64,000 nucleotides of DNA, taken from positions 4,128,001-4,192,000 of the forward strand of contig OY764159.1 of the NCBI GenBank assembly GCA_963668175.1. Reading direction: 5' to 3'. The notes below the pieces were generated by a model that was not told where the DNA came from, made no database searches, and saw only the letters and a list, made by a program, of their open reading frames with translations. This document shows, piece after piece, positions 28,953 to 37,964 of the stretch. How positions within the stretch are numbered: the first letter of the stretch is position 1; each line of letters opens with the position of its first letter. The DNA comes from Syntrophales bacterium. GTDB lineage: Bacteria > Desulfobacterota > Syntrophia > Syntrophales > PHBD01. A program made the translations under genes and the position numbers.

Positions 28953-30020
28953 ATGACGAAACGTGTTAAGAAACAATCCCGCAAGGCGGGACTTCCTCCG
29001 GGAACCTTGATTCACATCGGGGACGTGCTGAGCGATCAGATCAAGATATCCCTGATGAGCTATGACGAAGAGCACGTAGCGGAAAGATCCATCAGCACCC
29101 TTCAGGAATGCCGTCTCCCGGAAGATTTTCCCGGCATCACCTGGATCAATGTCGAAGGCCTCCACGAAACCAAGATCCTGGAGCAATTGGGGGCCAACTT
29201 CGGGATGCATCCGCTTATCCTTGAGGACATCCTGAATACAGCGCAGCGCCCCAAGATTGAGGACTTGGGCAAGTACATCTTCATCGTCCTCAAGATGTTC
29301 AACAATCACGAAGATAAGGCGGAAGAGCTGGAATCGGAGCAGGTCAGCATCATTCTGGGAAGCAATTATGTCGTTTCCTTCTGGGAAAAAGAGGGGAAAA
29401 CGCTCGACCCCATCAGGGAAAGAATCAGAAGCGGCAAGGGCCGTCTCCGGAAAATGGGGCCTGATTATCTGACCTATGCCATCATCGACGCCATCGTGGA
29501 CAGCTATTTCATCGTACTCGAACAGCTCGGCGAGAAGATCGAATTCTACGAAGACACGCTCGTCAGCAAGCCGACGCCTCAGACGCTCCAGGCCATCCAG
29601 CATCTCAAACGGGAGATGATCATCTTGAGAAAGTCGGTCTGGCCTTTGAGAGAAATCGTCGGCTTCCTGGAGAGGACCGAATCGAACCTGCTCGACGATT
29701 CCGTCGGCATCTATTTCAAGGATGTTTACGACCATACGATCCAGCTCATCGATACGATCGAGACCTTCCGGGACACCCTGTCCGCCATGCTCGACATCTA
29801 TCTTTCCAGCATCAGCAATAAAATGAACGAAGTGATGAAGGTGCTGACCGTCATCGCCACCCTATTCATGCCTTTGACGTTCCTCGCCGGTGTTTACGGC
29901 ATGAATTTCACGTTCATGCCGGAACTGAAGTGGGAATACGGTTACCTGATGTTCTGGATCTTGATTGCAATAACGGTGGTTTTAATGTTAATCTACTTTA
30001 GAAAGAAGAAATGGCTGTGA
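28953..30020 (+). CDS. corA: Magnesium/cobalt transporter CorA
   Basis: GLPPGTL, HPLILED, QRPK, NEVMKVLT, YGMNF..MPEL. Confidence 0.95.
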   Translation: MTKRVKKQSRKAGLPPGTLIHIGDVLSDQIKISLMSYDEEHVAERSISTLQECRLPEDFPGITWINVEGLHETKILEQLGANFGMHPLILEDILNTAQRPKIEDLGKYIFIVLKMFNNHEDKAEELESEQVSIILGSNYVVSFWEKEGKTLDPIRERIRSGKGRLRKMGPDYLTYAIIDAIVDSYFIVLEQLGEKIEFYEDTLVSKPTPQTLQAIQHLKREMIILRKSVWPLREIVGFLERTESNLLDDSVGIYFKDVYDHTIQLIDTIETFRDTLSAMLDIYLSSISNKMNEVMKVLTVIATLFMPLTFLAGVYGMNFTFMPELKWEYGYLMFWILIAITVVLMLIYFRKKKWL

Positions 30021-30093
30021 AAAACGGCCGCCAGGCGCAACGGATATACGCGGTCGCGGAAATAATAATCCATTAATAAGCAGGAGGTACCTC

Positions 30094-30573
30094 ATGAGTG
30101 TTTTTTCAGCCAGTGACATCGTCGAATTTGCCGTCCGCATTGAAGAAAACGGCGCGAACTTTTACAAATACGCCGTCCAGCTTCTCAAAGACGAGGAAGC
30201 CAAGGGCATCTTTTCCCGTCTGGCCGATGAAGAACTGAATCACAAAAGGACTTTTGAAAAAATATTTGCCGTTATCGAAAAAGAGACGCCCCCCGAAAGT
30301 TATACCGGCGAGTATGCCGCTTATCTCCATAACTATGTCGACAACAACATCATTTTCAACAAGGCGAAGATCGACACGGAAGTCGCGGCCGTCAAGGACA
30401 CCATCTCCGCCCTCGATTTCGCTATCCGAAGGGAGCTGGATTCCATCGCCTACTACAACGAGATCAAGGGCATCGTTCCGGCTGCCCATCATGGCCCCGT
30501 CGATCTCATCGTCACCGAAGAGCGGAAACATTTCATGATCCTGACCGGCTTGAAGACAAAATTCAGCAAATAA
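30094..30573 (+). CDS. Ferritin/rubrerythrin-like di-iron protein
   Basis: AVRIEENG..FY, EELNH, AIRRE..SIAYY, EERKH. Confidence 0.85.
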   Translation: MSVFSASDIVEFAVRIEENGANFYKYAVQLLKDEEAKGIFSRLADEELNHKRTFEKIFAVIEKETPPESYTGEYAAYLHNYVDNNIIFNKAKIDTEVAAVKDTISALDFAIRRELDSIAYYNEIKGIVPAAHHGPVDLIVTEERKHFMILTGLKTKFSK

Positions 30574-30585
30574 GGGGCTTGTCCT

Positions 30586-31932
30586 ATGGCAAACCGGGTC
30601 AACGACGACCATGTATTCTACAGGAATCCGACCAAGTACTACCCTCCGGCCGTCAAGGGCGACGGCGTCTATATCTATGACAACGAGGGAAAGACCTATA
30701 TCGACGGTTCCGGCGGGGCCGTCGTTTCCGCCATCGGTCACGGCGTGAATGACATCCGGGAGGCCATGATCCAACAGCTGGGCCAGATCGACTTCACGCA
30801 CGGCACACAGTTCACGTCGAAGGCGGCGGCGGCGCTTGCGGCAAATCTCGTCCGGATCGCCCCGGCTTCCCTGGAACGGGTCTATTTCCTCTCCGGCGGC
30901 TCCGAAGCGGTGGAGACGGCCGTCAAGATGGCCCGCCAATACCAGGTGGACCGTGGCATGCCTTTGAAGTACAAGGTCATCTCGCGGTGGACCAGTTATC
31001 ACGGCAATACACTCGGGGCGTTGGCCCTGGGGGGCCATACCGGCAGGCGGCGTTATTACCAGCCCCTGATCCAGCATACGCCCCACATCGTCCCGGCTTA
31101 TTGCTACCGCTGTCCGTTCGGTCTCGATCCGGAGAAATGCTGCCTCGAATGTGCCGACGACCTGGAAAAAACGATCCTCTACGAAGGCCCCGACTCCGTG
31201 TCGGCTTTCATCCTGGAACCCGTCGTCGGCGCGACGGCGGGGGCGCTCGTGCCCAGGGACGGCTACATGCAAAGAATCCGCGAGATATGCAACCGCTACG
31301 ACGTCCTCCTGATTGCCGACGAGGTCATGACCGGCATCGGCAGGACTGGCAAAAATTTTGCCGTCGACCACTGGAACACCGTTCCCGATATGATCGCCTG
31401 CGCCAAGGGTCTGGGTGCGGGATACTATCCGGTATTCTGCGTCATCACGACGGAGGTTGTACACAAGGCCATCCGGGAGGGAAACGGCCACTTCGTTCAC
31501 GGCCACACTTACAGCCAGAATCCTCTGGCCTGCGCCACAGGGGACGCTGTTCTCGCCTACGTGGAGAAGCACGACCTGGTGAACCGCAGTGCGGCCATGG
31601 GGAAGTACCTGCTTGATAAACTCCGTGTTCTCGAAAGACACGCAATCGTCGGAGATGTCCGCGGCCTGGGTCTCTTCGCCGGTGTGGAGTTCGTCAAGGA
31701 TCGGGCCACCAAGGAACCGTTCGATCCCAAGATGAAGATGAACGCCCTGATCGGCAACCGGGCCTTCGCCAAGGGACTCATTTCATATCCCGGCGGCGGC
31801 GGCGCCGACGGCATCCGGGGCGACCATATCCTCCTTGCCCCTCCCTTCATCATCACCGAGGAGCAGATCGATGCCCTCGTCGGTATCCTCGACGAATCCA
31901 TCGGCGAGATTACAAAGGAGCAGGGGCTGTAA
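30586..31932 (+). CDS. Class III PLP aminotransferase
   Basis: SGGSEAVETA, SYHGNT, LEPVVG, ADEVMTGIGRTG, AKG (PLP Lys), HGHTY. Confidence 0.92.
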   Translation: MANRVNDDHVFYRNPTKYYPPAVKGDGVYIYDNEGKTYIDGSGGAVVSAIGHGVNDIREAMIQQLGQIDFTHGTQFTSKAAAALAANLVRIAPASLERVYFLSGGSEAVETAVKMARQYQVDRGMPLKYKVISRWTSYHGNTLGALALGGHTGRRRYYQPLIQHTPHIVPAYCYRCPFGLDPEKCCLECADDLEKTILYEGPDSVSAFILEPVVGATAGALVPRDGYMQRIREICNRYDVLLIADEVMTGIGRTGKNFAVDHWNTVPDMIACAKGLGAGYYPVFCVITTEVVHKAIREGNGHFVHGHTYSQNPLACATGDAVLAYVEKHDLVNRSAAMGKYLLDKLRVLERHAIVGDVRGLGLFAGVEFVKDRATKEPFDPKMKMNALIGNRAFAKGLISYPGGGGADGIRGDHILLAPPFIITEEQIDALVGILDESIGEITKEQGL

Positions 31933-31934
31933 AC

Positions 31935-32777
31935 ATGGACAAGGTGATCATTACGGCGGCAATCACCGGCAGCCGCATGACGCGGGATATCGCCCCCCAT
32001 ATCCCCATTACCCCGGAAGAGATCGCTCAATCGGCCGTTGAAGCCTGGCGGGCAGGGGCCTCCATCGTCCACATCCACGTCCGGGACCCGGAAACGGGCC
32101 TCGGGACGCAGGACCTCAACCGATTCAGACAGGTCGTGGATATCCTGCGCAAAAAGACCGACCTCATCCTGAGCCTGACGACCAGCGGCATTCCGGGCCG
32201 CAATCTGCCGGTCGCCGAACGTCTGGCACCGCTCAAACTGAAGCCGGAATTGGCATCCTTCGACGCCGGATCAATCAACCTGGGCGGCGGGGTCTTCGTC
32301 AACGACCCGGCCTTTCTCGACGAGGCCGCCCGGATGATGAAAGAGGCCGGCGTCAAACCCGAGATCGAAATCTTCGACCTGGGGATGGTCGTCACAACCC
32401 TCAGGATGCGGGACGAGGGAAAGCTGTCCGATCCGCTCCATTTTCAGTTTGTCCTGGGTACCCCCTGGGGGGCTCCGGCCACGCCCAAAGCGTTTCTCCA
32501 CCTTCTGGAACATATTCCCGACGACGCCACGTGGTCGAATATCGGAATCGGGCGGGGGTATCTGCCGATGGCCATGATGGCCCTTATCATGGGGGGACAT
32601 ATCCGCGTCGGCATGGAGGACAACATCTACCTCGACAAGGGCGTCCTGGCCAAAAGCAACGCCGAACTGGTGGAACGCGTCATACGGATCGTCCGCGCCT
32701 ACGGACGCGACGTCGCCTCTCCCGAAGAAGCCCGGCTTATTCTCGGCATTCGCACGAAAACAAAGGAAAACGTATGA
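31935..32777 (+). CDS. Beta-keto acid cleavage enzyme (BKACE / Kce family, DUF849)
   Basis: IITAAITG, HIPITPEEIA, HIHVRD, KPEIEIFD, HIRVGMEDN. Confidence 0.92.
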   Translation: MDKVIITAAITGSRMTRDIAPHIPITPEEIAQSAVEAWRAGASIVHIHVRDPETGLGTQDLNRFRQVVDILRKKTDLILSLTTSGIPGRNLPVAERLAPLKLKPELASFDAGSINLGGGVFVNDPAFLDEAARMMKEAGVKPEIEIFDLGMVVTTLRMRDEGKLSDPLHFQFVLGTPWGAPATPKAFLHLLEHIPDDATWSNIGIGRGYLPMAMMALIMGGHIRVGMEDNIYLDKGVLAKSNAELVERVIRIVRAYGRDVASPEEARLILGIRTKTKENV

Positions 32778-33847
32778 ATATGAAACCGAAGTTCCTGGCC
32801 ACGGGAGTCGGCAGCATGCCTTTTGACGATCCCGGCCATGGAATCGACCTGTTAATGGAGGCGCTGCCCGACGCCCCCTTCTGGCCTCAACTGCCGAAAA
32901 AGGGGCTTCACGAGCAGATGGAAATCCAGTTCTGCGAGGGGATGCCCAGGGCAGTCATTGACGAGGGGAAGAACCGGCTTTATTTCGATACGTCGGGAGA
33001 CTATTCGGAGGAACTTGCCGATTTCTACGGGACCTACATGGCGGCGATGGACCCCGACGAAGGCAACGGCGACTGTTCAGCCCTGGCCATCGGCCCGTCC
33101 TTTTCCTCGGGTATTTATGCACTGGATGAGCGCCTCCGGCAGATGAACAGGAAACTGCCGTTTCTCAAGGTCCAGGTCACGGGACCTTGCACATTCTCTC
33201 TGACCGTCAACGACGAGAATAGGCGAGCCGTCTATTACAACGATGCATTCCGGGATGTGGTCCTCAAGGCCCTGGCCATGAAATGCCGGTGGCAAATCCA
33301 GAAATTCAAGCCTTACGCGGATCATGTCATTTGCTTCATCGACGAGCCGATTCTTTCCGCCTTCGGAAGTTCCACCTATGTTTCCGTCAAGAGGGAAGAC
33401 GTCGTCGCCCTTCTCGCCGAAATGATCGGCGCCGTCCACGCCGACGGCGGTATCGCCGGCATCCACTGCTGCGGCAACACGGAGTGGAGCATTCTCATCG
33501 ATGCCGGCGTCGACATCGTGAATTTCGATGCCTTCCAGTATGGCGAAACCGTCGCCATGTACCCGGCCCACATCAAGAATCATCTTGAACGCGGGGGCAT
33601 GCTGGCCTGGGGTGTTGTGCCGACCTCCGCAGCGATCGGCGAGCAGACGTTAGAAGGGCTTGCGGAACGTCTCGAAGGCGTGATGGCGCACCTCGCGACC
33701 AAGGGAACCGAAAAGAGATTGATCGCCGAACAGGCCTTGATTACGCCTTCTTGCGGGACGGGTTCCATGTCGCCGGCAGACGCGGAACGGGTCTTCCGCC
33801 TGACGGGGGAACTCTCCCGGGAAATGAAACGCCGGTACGGATTCTGA
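32774..33847 (+). CDS. Core (single-domain) cobalamin-independent methionine synthase, MesB-like
   Basis: ATG 32774 overlaps the BKACE stop. TGVGSMP, WPQLP, KVQVTGP, FIDEP, Zn ligands GIHCCG and ITPSCG. 357 aa, with no N-terminal folate-binding half of MetE. Confidence 0.78.
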   Translation: MNMKPKFLATGVGSMPFDDPGHGIDLLMEALPDAPFWPQLPKKGLHEQMEIQFCEGMPRAVIDEGKNRLYFDTSGDYSEELADFYGTYMAAMDPDEGNGDCSALAIGPSFSSGIYALDERLRQMNRKLPFLKVQVTGPCTFSLTVNDENRRAVYYNDAFRDVVLKALAMKCRWQIQKFKPYADHVICFIDEPILSAFGSSTYVSVKREDVVALLAEMIGAVHADGGIAGIHCCGNTEWSILIDAGVDIVNFDAFQYGETVAMYPAHIKNHLERGGMLAWGVVPTSAAIGEQTLEGLAERLEGVMAHLATKGTEKRLIAEQALITPSCGTGSMSPADAERVFRLTGELSREMKRRYGF

Positions 33848-34020
33848 TCACCGGCCATACCCCCGACCTGTGACGATTCAAAGGCGGGACAGAGGCAAGA
33901 TATCCCGGCTTCCGGCAGATTATTTCTCCCGGAATGGATGAAGACCGGAAAAGGCCGCCGACCGCAAAAACGGAAGGCTTGATGAAGGAACCGAACTAAA
34001 ACAGGAAAAGACTTTTCACC

Positions 34021-34788
34021 ATGAGTTACATCATCGCCATAACGGGCAAAGGAGGCGTCGGGAAAACGACGGTTTCCGCCGTTATGATCTCCCGCATGAT
34101 CGCCCGCGGCTGCCGCCCCATCCTGGCCATCGATGCCGATCCCAATACCAATCTCGACGCCGCCCTCGGCATAGAGATAGCAAAAACCATCGGCGGAATT
34201 CGCGAGGAAGCCAAGCATTACGCCAACATGGGAATGGCGTCGGGTATCGACAAGAAGAGACTCCTGGACATGAAGATCGCCGAAAGTCTCGTCGAAAGCC
34301 GCGATTTCGATATGCTGGCCATGGGCCGGTCCGAAGGGGCGGGGTGTTACTGTTATGCCAACAACATCCTCAAAGACGCCATCCAGCAGCTGGCAGCCCA
34401 GTATCCCTACGTCATCCTCGATAATGAGGCCGGGCTCGAGAATCTTTCGCGCCGCATAATCCAGTCTGTCGATCTCATGATGATGGTCACGGACCCTTCG
34501 GTCAGGGGTATGGATACGGTCAGGCGTCTTCACGGCCTGACGGCAGAGATGGGAATCGTTTATAAGAATCTGGCCGTGGTTATCAACCGATTAAGACGGG
34601 ATGAGCTTCCGGGTCACGCCGATGCCCTGATCCGCGACATTAACGCCGGATTTGTCCTTGCTCTGCCGGACGACGACGATATCGGCCGTCGCTCCGAGGA
34701 AGGGATCAGTCTTGCCGATTTGGCGGCTGACAATCCCATCGTATCGAGAATCGACCACCTCCTCGACCGCTTAAGTCTGTCCGGTTAG
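34021..34788 (+). CDS. cooC: CO dehydrogenase/ACS nickel-insertion ATPase
   Basis: GKGGVGKT, DADPN, GCYC, DNEAGLENLSR. Confidence 0.9.
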   Translation: MSYIIAITGKGGVGKTTVSAVMISRMIARGCRPILAIDADPNTNLDAALGIEIAKTIGGIREEAKHYANMGMASGIDKKRLLDMKIAESLVESRDFDMLAMGRSEGAGCYCYANNILKDAIQQLAAQYPYVILDNEAGLENLSRRIIQSVDLMMMVTDPSVRGMDTVRRLHGLTAEMGIVYKNLAVVINRLRRDELPGHADALIRDINAGFVLALPDDDDIGRRSEEGISLADLAADNPIVSRIDHLLDRLSLSG

Positions 34789-34800
34789 AAAACAGCAGAA

Positions 34801-35457
34801 CTACTGCCGGGGATATCCGATCGTCTGGGCAAGGATGATCCGCTGGTCGTCCCTTAACATCATGGCTTTTCCCAAGACCACCCTGTCGATATTGCCCCTC
34901 ACGACCGTCGCCAATCCTTCGGAAGCACAGTAGAGATAGACGTTCTGGCTGACAAAACCCGTATCCGTGGCGGAGTAGAAATCCTTTTCCTCGGGAGTCG
35001 CTTTTCCCATTCTGGCCAGATCGGCCACATAAATCAGATTGACGGGGGCTTCCTTGACGTAAGGCTGGCTTCCGGTAACACCCCTGATATCCTGTTTGAG
35101 CAACATCTTCAGGCTATGGGTGGCGGCATCGTAAAGGTAAAGGCCGTCTGCGGTTGCGACATAGATATCGATCTCCTGCCAGTTGTTCGCCGAAGGTGCC
35201 GTTCTCCCGTTCGTCTGCGGACGGTTCACGCCGCAAGCAGCCCAAAGGATATTCGACAAAACGCGGATGGGCAGCTTTTTAGGGCTGAAATTCCGAGACG
35301 TTTTCCTGTCTTTCAACACCTGCATCAACATGCGGCTGCTGTCCATCTGGGGCTTGAGGAGTTTAATCGTCTTCAAATCCTGGGCTAAAGCAACTGCAGG
35401 GAAGAGCAGGAGAATAACCGCGACAAATTTTGCCGTTAGGCAACATCTGATAAACAT
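34801..35457 (-). CDS. SagB-type nitroreductase family protein with predicted signal peptide
   Basis: RKTSRNFS, LWAACG, RTAPSA, DTGFVSQNVYL, IGYP; GGAGG RBS before ATG 35457. Confidence 0.85.
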   Translation of the reverse strand: MFIRCCLTAKFVAVILLLFPAVALAQDLKTIKLLKPQMDSSRMLMQVLKDRKTSRNFSPKKLPIRVLSNILWAACGVNRPQTNGRTAPSANNWQEIDIYVATADGLYLYDAATHSLKMLLKQDIRGVTGSQPYVKEAPVNLIYVADLARMGKATPEEKDFYSATDTGFVSQNVYLYCASEGLATVVRGNIDRVVLGKAMMLRDDQRIILAQTIGYPRQ

Positions 35458-36005
35458 TTTGCGTCCCCCTCCTGTTTCATCAAAATTCATACGGACACGC
35501 ATCTGACCGATACACTTTAACAGTTTAAAAATCAAGCATATTTCAGTACCGCCAACGACCCCGGCGGCCGCATCGCTCTGTAACCGTACGCCGCGCGACA
35601 CCGAAAACTTGGCCATGGTAAGATTAAACCGCCGCCGGACCCAAGCAAGCCGGGTGCCTTTCGGGTATGAACCGGGCACACACAAGGACTCGCCGCGAAC
35701 GGCTGTTTAAATATCTTGACGGCATGACCGGTATCATATATCAGAACACCTAATCGTTTGTAACCGCTGCCTTAAAGGTTCTCTGAGATGGGAACTCCCG
35801 GGCGGCGGGCGGCGGCGACGCCTGATCGTGCGCCCGCCGGTATTTTCCATTTTTATTCAGAGATTGTATAATTTCATGATGGCATCCCTCGTTTTCGGCC
35901 TGAAGCCCCACGGCCGTCCGGCCTTCCCGGGGATTAACATAGAGATCGGTCCCGTGTGCAGACCGTTGCGTCGCAGGAAGAGAGCGGACCGATGAACATT
36001 TTCCG

Positions 36006-37964
36006 ATGAAAGACATGAACCCAAGAAAAATGGACCCTAAAGAACGGCTCTGGGACCCGGCATCCATAGAAACCCTGGTCAAAGCCGAACGGGAAGGCCT
36101 GGAAACCTGTTTTTCCCGGATGGATAATCAGGGGAGCACCTGCACATTTGGAAAGAACGGCCTCTGTTGCCGCATCTGCTACATGGGGCCGTGCCGGATT
36201 ACGAAAAAGGCCCCCCGCGGCGTTTGCGGGGCCGATGCCGATACGATTGTCGCCAGGAACCTCCTGCGGGAAGTGGCCGGAGGTACAGCCGCCCATTCCG
36301 ATCACGGCCGCCATCTGGTATTGCTTCTGAAGAAGACCGCCGAAGGAAGGTCCGGGGATTACACGATAAAAGACGAAAAGGCTCTCCGTCAGGCGGCAAG
36401 ATGGTACGGAATTGCCGAAGAAGGCCGCAGTAAAGAGACCGTCGCCCTGGAACTGGCGAGTATCTTTCTTCAGGAATTCATGAAGCAGGAAGAATCGCCC
36501 GCGACCGTGAGCCTTGCTCCGGCAAAACAGCAGACGATCTGGCAGAACCACGGCCTTACACCCGCCGGTCTCGATCGGACCGTCGTGGAATCGATCCACC
36601 GTACCCACATGGGCGTCGACCATGAATACCGTAATCTGCTCCTCCAGGCATTCCGTACGGCCCTGGCCGACGGGTGGGGAGGCTCCCGGATAGCGACCAT
36701 CTGCTCCGACATTCTGTTCGGTACACCCTCTCCTGTCCGCAGCGACGCCAACCTGGGGGTCCTCAACACAGAAACCGTCAATATCGTCGTCCACGGGCAT
36801 GAACCGGAGCTGTCGGAATTGCTGGCCATCGCATCCAGGGACCCCGAAATGACCGCCTATGCCCGCATTGCAGGTGCCGAAGGCATCACCCTCGCTGGAA
36901 TCTGCTGCACGGCCAATGAAATCCTCATGAGGCACGGCATTCCCGTGGCGGGAAGTTTTCTCCAGCAGGAATTGGCCATCGTCACCGGCGCGGTGGAAAT
37001 GATGCTCATCGACGTCCAGTGCTGTATGCCCAGCTTGCCCGAGATCGCAGCGGCCTACCATACGGAGATCGTCTCCACGACGGAAATGGCCAAGACGGCA
37101 GGAGCCTCCTTCATTACGCTCGACGAACACGAACCATTGAAATCCGCGAAGATGCTCATCAAGAGGGCCATCGACCGCTATAAGCTCCGCGACCCGAACA
37201 AGGTCGCCATTCCGGCGGTTAAAAAGCCCCTGGTAGCCGGATTCAGCGTCGATGCCATCAAATACATGCTGGGAGGCAGCTTCCGGGCATCCTTCCGTCC
37301 CCTGAACGACGCCGTCATCCAGGGACGCATAAGAGGTATCGCCGCAATCGTCGGCTGCAACAACCCCCGGTCGAGGGTGGATGAGTACATCAATATCCTC
37401 ACCCGTCAACTGATCGGCCGGGACATCCTCGTCCTCAAGACCGGCTGCGCGGCCATCGCTTCCGCCAAGGAAGGGATGCTCACTCCGGAAGCGGCGCTGG
37501 AGGCGGCGGGAAGCGGGCTGAAAGAGGTCTGCGAGGCGGTGGGCATGCCCCCCGTCCTGCACATGGGAAGCTGCGTCGACAACTCCCGGATTCTGGAAGC
37601 CGCAACGGAGATCGTCCGCGAAGGCGGGCTGGGAGACGATTTGTCCCAGATACCCGCCGTCGGCATCGCCCCCGAATGGATGAGCGAAAAGGCCGTGGCC
37701 ATAGGCTGTTACTTCGTCGCATCGGGGATCGACGTCATCCTGGGACATCCGTTCCATATAGGCGGTTCCGAAAAGGTCACCCGCTTCCTGAACAAGGAGG
37801 CCAGGACCCTGTTCGGGGCCTCCTTCCACGTCTGCGAAGAACCGGAAAAAGCAGCAGATGCGGTCGTCAAGATCATCGATAATGCAAGGGAACGTTTGGG
37901 CATTCATCGACAGGCCTCCCGGAAGCTCTTCGACATGGAAGACCGGAGGATGCTCGATGTCTAA
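36006..37964 (+). CDS. cooS: Anaerobic Ni-Fe carbon monoxide dehydrogenase catalytic subunit
   Basis: CTFGKNGLCCRICYMGPC, HSDH, HGHEP, GICCT, DVQC, GCNN, GSCVDN, SEKA. Start may be 36015 or 36030. Confidence 0.95.
   Translation: MKDMNPRKMDPKERLWDPASIETLVKAEREGLETCFSRMDNQGSTCTFGKNGLCCRICYMGPCRITKKAPRGVCGADADTIVARNLLREVAGGTAAHSDHGRHLVLLLKKTAEGRSGDYTIKDEKALRQAARWYGIAEEGRSKETVALELASIFLQEFMKQEESPATVSLAPAKQQTIWQNHGLTPAGLDRTVVESIHRTHMGVDHEYRNLLLQAFRTALADGWGGSRIATICSDILFGTPSPVRSDANLGVLNTETVNIVVHGHEPELSELLAIASRDPEMTAYARIAGAEGITLAGICCTANEILMRHGIPVAGSFLQQELAIVTGAVEMMLIDVQCCMPSLPEIAAAYHTEIVSTTEMAKTAGASFITLDEHEPLKSAKMLIKRAIDRYKLRDPNKVAIPAVKKPLVAGFSVDAIKYMLGGSFRASFRPLNDAVIQGRIRGIAAIVGCNNPRSRVDEYINILTRQLIGRDILVLKTGCAAIASAKEGMLTPEAALEAAGSGLKEVCEAVGMPPVLHMGSCVDNSRILEAATEIVREGGLGDDLSQIPAVGIAPEWMSEKAVAIGCYFVASGIDVILGHPFHIGGSEKVTRFLNKEARTLFGASFHVCEEPEKAADAVVKIIDNARERLGIHRQASRKLFDMEDRRMLDV

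Noticed and set aside
32531..32773. N-terminal extension of the 438-aa ORF
   Set aside because: It overlaps BKACE in another frame. Homology begins at the ATG overlapping the BKACE stop (32774).
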